DNA of 61,211 bases, the filler included, from Globobulimina sp. (lineage: Eukaryota), in the NCBI GenBank assembly GCA_003354225.1. It is 17 parts of 17 records of this genome, joined end to end, with 100 filler letters (N's around TTAATTAATTAA, not from the genome) between each part and the next. Parts side by side here need not be neighbours in the genome. Positions count along the whole stretch, not along the records: positions 57,709 to 61,211 come from PIVH01002644.1; 16 more parts are not named here. One strand, 5' to 3'. The notes under the pieces are model-generated. The model was not told the DNA's origin. It ran no database searches and saw nothing but the letters and a program-made list of their open reading frames with translations. This document shows positions 57,709 to 61,211 of this stretch, piece after piece. The position numbers and the translations under genes were made by a program. How positions within the stretch are numbered: position 1 is the stretch's first letter; each line of letters starts with the position of its first letter.

Positions 57709-59485
57709 AGACATTGTTAATATTAATTCCATTATGAATGTTTGTGTCGAGAATAATGATTCAAACAAAGCTTTAGCAATTTATGATGAATATTTTCCAT
57801 TTATGGACAGAGATAATATCACAAATATGTTGGCCTTGAAAGCTTGTGCAAATATTGCAAATTTAAAGAAAGGAATGCAAATTATCAATGAAAATAATTT
57901 GGTAAATAATAATAATTGCATTGCAATACAAAACACATTAATTCATTTTTATGGCGAATGTTTTCAAATCAATGAAGCGGAGAAAATATTTAATTACATT
58001 TCAAATAATAAACATAAAAATATTGTATCCATCAATGCCATGATGACCGCTTACATTAAAAATGCGTATTTTAGTGCGGCATTACAGTTATATGATGATA
58101 ATATGTTTCAAGTGGATGCAATCTCTGATTTGCTAGCATTGAAAGCCTGTATAAATAATGAGAATTATTGTAAAGGCAAAGAGATTATAAATAATGGCAA
58201 TAATAATAAGAATAATAATAGTCCGCAAATGAAAAGTACATTAATAGATTTTTTTGGCCATTTTAATGAGATTGGAAATGCACAAAATATATTTAATAAG
58301 ACAGCAAAAGAGAAGCAATCCATTGTTAATATTAATTCGTTGATGAATGGCTATATTCGCAATAAGATGGATGGAGATGCATTACATTTATATGATGGCT
58401 TAAAAGAGGAAAAGAAGGATTGGACCACGTTTATGTTTGCCATGAAAGCCTGTATAAATACATCAGATATTAAGAAAGGAAAAGAAATCTATTCATCGAT
58501 ACCCATTCATAATTTGAATGATATTTGCTTGATTTCGACGTTAATCCAGTTTTATGGGAATATTGTATTTGATATCGAAACTGCCAAATATTTGTATGAT
58601 TTGATTGCAACTAAAAACAAAGAGAAATTGAATATAATTATTATCACTGCGATGATGAATGCGTATATCGGATGCAATTCAAATGAAGAATGTATTCAAT
58701 TATTCCAGCAAATACAAACAGAAAATAGGTCAATCAAAGCAGATATTATTTGTTATTGTTTGTTATTGACTGCTTGCGCCAACTCAACAAATTATTATTT
58801 TGGTAAAGACATTCATGACAAATTCAAAAGAAAGAAAGAATTGAATTGGATGTTGAATGAAGTTGAAATCCAAACCAATTTGATAAACTTGTATGGGAAA
58901 TGTGGAATGATTGATTTTTGTGAGGAAATATTTGAGAATGCGAGTCCAGCAAACAAAGAAAACATAGATTTGTGGAATTCAATGATTCATTGTTTTGGAA
59001 GGAATGGTTTTATTCATAAAGCATTTGGATTATTTAATGAAATGAATGAAAAGAAGATAATTGTAAATGAGAAAACATTTGGCATTTTATTGAGTGTTTG
59101 TAGTCATTGCGGGAATGATGAGATTGCGCGGGATTTATATTTGAATAAAATAACAGATATTGAGATTAGATATGATTTATATGTCATGAGTGCATTTATT
59201 GACTGTATCTCAAGGAAGGGATTTCTAAACGAAGCATATCAATATATCTTCCAATATAATAAATATAAAACAAAAGATAATAATAATAATAATAATATGG
59301 ATGATGATGAGGTGGTGATAATGTATACGTCGTTGTTAAGTGCCTGCAAAAAACATAAGAATCTCTTAATTGCTCAATATGTCTATAATGAAATGATAAA
59401 AAAGTTTAAAAATAATTCAAAATATATGACATCTGCATCGGTCATACTTCAAAATATCTATAATGAGAAAATAAATAATGTTTGA
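57709..59485 (+). CDS. PLS-class-like pentatricopeptide repeat protein ending in E-like motifs, 5'-partial
   Basis: Recurring triplets (LxACxN / TLIxFYG / INxMMxAY), then NLINLYGKCG, WNSMIHCFGRNG, TFGILLSVCSHCG, AFIDCISRKGFLNEAY, YTSLLSACKKH and VILQNIY, followed by a stop. Confidence 0.92.
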
Positions 59486-59527
59486 CGTACAATAAAGTTG
59501 AATTAATGTGTCATGTCCGATCCTAAA

Positions 59528-60757
59528 TTATCTAAACGGATCTATTATTATCAAAGTCTCATTATGCAAACAAATGACCTTTTCAATAAAATATTGCGCG
59601 CCGAGTTCTTTTCTTTTATCAAATAATCGTGGTTGCCATACATTATCCGCCTGCGTTGTCGTACTGCATTGTTTAAATCCGTTATATCCCCAAAAATATA
59701 AATTATTATTCTCTGATAATATCATTGAATGGTCACCACCGCATGAAATATCTTTTATTTTCTCATCAATCCGTATTAAATATGCTTCATTCTTTCCTAT
59801 TTGCGGATTTTTCACAGCCATAAACTGCTTATTGTCCACCCCCATAAACCCTCTCTGTCCGCAATCATTTCCATTACCAACGGTATATACACAACCATCA
59901 CAATCTAAAAATAAAGCATGACTCGCACCACATTTTGTGTTAATTATCTTTGTATTCTCATGTAAAATTACTCTCAAATCACCATAACATTTGCCAACAC
60001 TTTCAACTGTTACTAACGATGTAAACCAATCAGCACAACACACCATTTTAATGTCATAATCAAGTAACATGGGCACAATAATATTCTCTCGATTTGTATC
60101 AACAACACATTGGCCATATTCATTATTGCCACAACCATAAATTATATTATTTGATGAAACAAATATTGTATGTTTTGAACCACATTGAATATCAATTAAA
60201 TTATCTTTTTCATTCAACCATTTACTTGTATTCATTTCATTAAATAATATGGGATTTGGACCATTTACATACAATTTATTATCAAAACTTGTCATAAATG
60301 CTTGAAATGCATTACAAATACCTTTCGAAATGATATTAATATTATTTTTATCTGTAATTTGTGTCCATTGTGAATATTTTCCCCATCCCGCTACAAATAT
60401 TTTATTGTTTGATTTTATAATTAGTGCACAATCGTTGCTATAAATGTCTTGAATATTATTTACTAATGTTTCCAAGGCATACAATCGTTGAAATGTATGA
60501 AGTGAATCTCGATGATTTAAACCAAACTGACCGTAGGCATTCCTGCCACTTGCAAATATTATTCTTTTCTCAATATAGTTCATAATAATACATCGAATAT
60601 CGAGAGGAATAACTTTTTTTGATATCTCTTCATGTTCACGAAAATAACCATTCAAAACTATCACAGTTATTCTTGGCATTTTAAAACATGCTTGGCATTT
60701 TATTGCATTTACAGAATTAAACAATTGACAATTTTCGCATTTCCAAGAGTTTGCCAT
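59528..60757 (-). CDS. RanBP2-type zinc finger plus RCC1-repeat protein
   Basis: WKCENCQLFN....KCQAC, then GRNAYGQFG, IQCGSKHT, GNNEYGQC and ISCGGDHS. Confidence 0.9.
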   Translation of the reverse strand: MANSWKCENCQLFNSVNAIKCQACFKMPRITVIVLNGYFREHEEISKKVIPLDIRCIIMNYIEKRIIFASGRNAYGQFGLNHRDSLHTFQRLYALETLVNNIQDIYSNDCALIIKSNNKIFVAGWGKYSQWTQITDKNNINIISKGICNAFQAFMTSFDNKLYVNGPNPILFNEMNTSKWLNEKDNLIDIQCGSKHTIFVSSNNIIYGCGNNEYGQCVVDTNRENIIVPMLLDYDIKMVCCADWFTSLVTVESVGKCYGDLRVILHENTKIINTKCGASHALFLDCDGCVYTVGNGNDCGQRGFMGVDNKQFMAVKNPQIGKNEAYLIRIDEKIKDISCGGDHSMILSENNNLYFWGYNGFKQCSTTTQADNVWQPRLFDKRKELGAQYFIEKVICLHNETLIIIDPFR

Positions 60758-60854
60758 GAGCAGAGCAGGTTTTTCAAATTAGAAGTATTGAAAACTATTG
60801 ATTTCTGATCGAACATTTATTTTTAACATTTTATTACAATTTTCATGTTACAAT

Positions 60855-61193
60855 TTATGCTTTGACATCGATCAAAGAATCGAGTTTCTGCAAAAGAACA
60901 TTCCTTTCCTGTTGCGTTTGAATCGCTTTCTTTGTTGCTTGAGAGATACTTATTTCATATTTATTGATTAGTGATAGTTTGTCATTTTTAAATTGAATTA
61001 TCTCAGTTTCATACTTTTTGATTGCTTTTCTTAATTTGATATTTTCTATTTTTAACTTTGAATTCTCTTTTAATTCGGCTTTATATTTCTTATTTTCATT
61101 CAGAACATGACTCAAAATCCGCTTCAATTCATGGAACTGCTTCATATAATCGGTGGATAACTGCGTAAAATAAAAGGTTGTTCGATGAAACAT
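60855..61193 (-). CDS. Coiled-coil hypothetical protein
   Basis: 112-aa ORF with a K/E/L heptad pattern. Confidence 0.5.
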   Translation of the reverse strand: MFHRTTFYFTQLSTDYMKQFHELKRILSHVLNENKKYKAELKENSKLKIENIKLRKAIKKYETEIIQFKNDKLSLINKYEISISQATKKAIQTQQERNVLLQKLDSLIDVKA

Positions 61194-61211
61194 TTTCTTA
61201 AAACCTATTAA

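Overview
The window is not one locus. It is 17 unrelated contigs of 3503-3510 bp, sorted by decreasing length and joined by identical artificial N44-TTAATTAATTAA-N44 spacers, so adjacency across spacers carries no biological meaning. Most contigs come from an AT-rich, gene-dense eukaryote with short GT-AG introns (mostly ~55-95 nt) and the standard code. The gene content (TM-RGS proteins, RCC1 repeats, MYND finger, ART-like domains, PPRs) suggests a protist, possibly a foraminifer/rhizarian, which is inference only. Highlights: (1) a helical-repeat protein ending in a DYW-type cytidine deaminase domain with intact HSE/CxxC, plus, on another contig, a plant-like PLS-E class PPR lacking a deaminase, together pointing to organellar C-to-U editing machinery in a non-plant; (2) a DIRS/Ngaro-like tyrosine-recombinase retrotransposon with variant catalytic motifs and a hairpin-rich 3' region; (3) a gag-protease-only LTR element with a PPT and candidate 3' LTR; (4) LINE RT and APE endonuclease fragments; (5) a large protein with tandem ADP-ribosyltransferase-like domains; (6) three damaged bacterial genes (LysR, GNAT, DMT) joined to eukaryotic DNA; (7) a predicted acylated alpha-carbonic anhydrase with an acidic insertion. 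Many genes show frameshifts, short duplications and abrupt junctions, consistent with amplification chimeras or low-coverage assembly, so within-contig fusions also need caution. All family calls come from motif recognition by eye.
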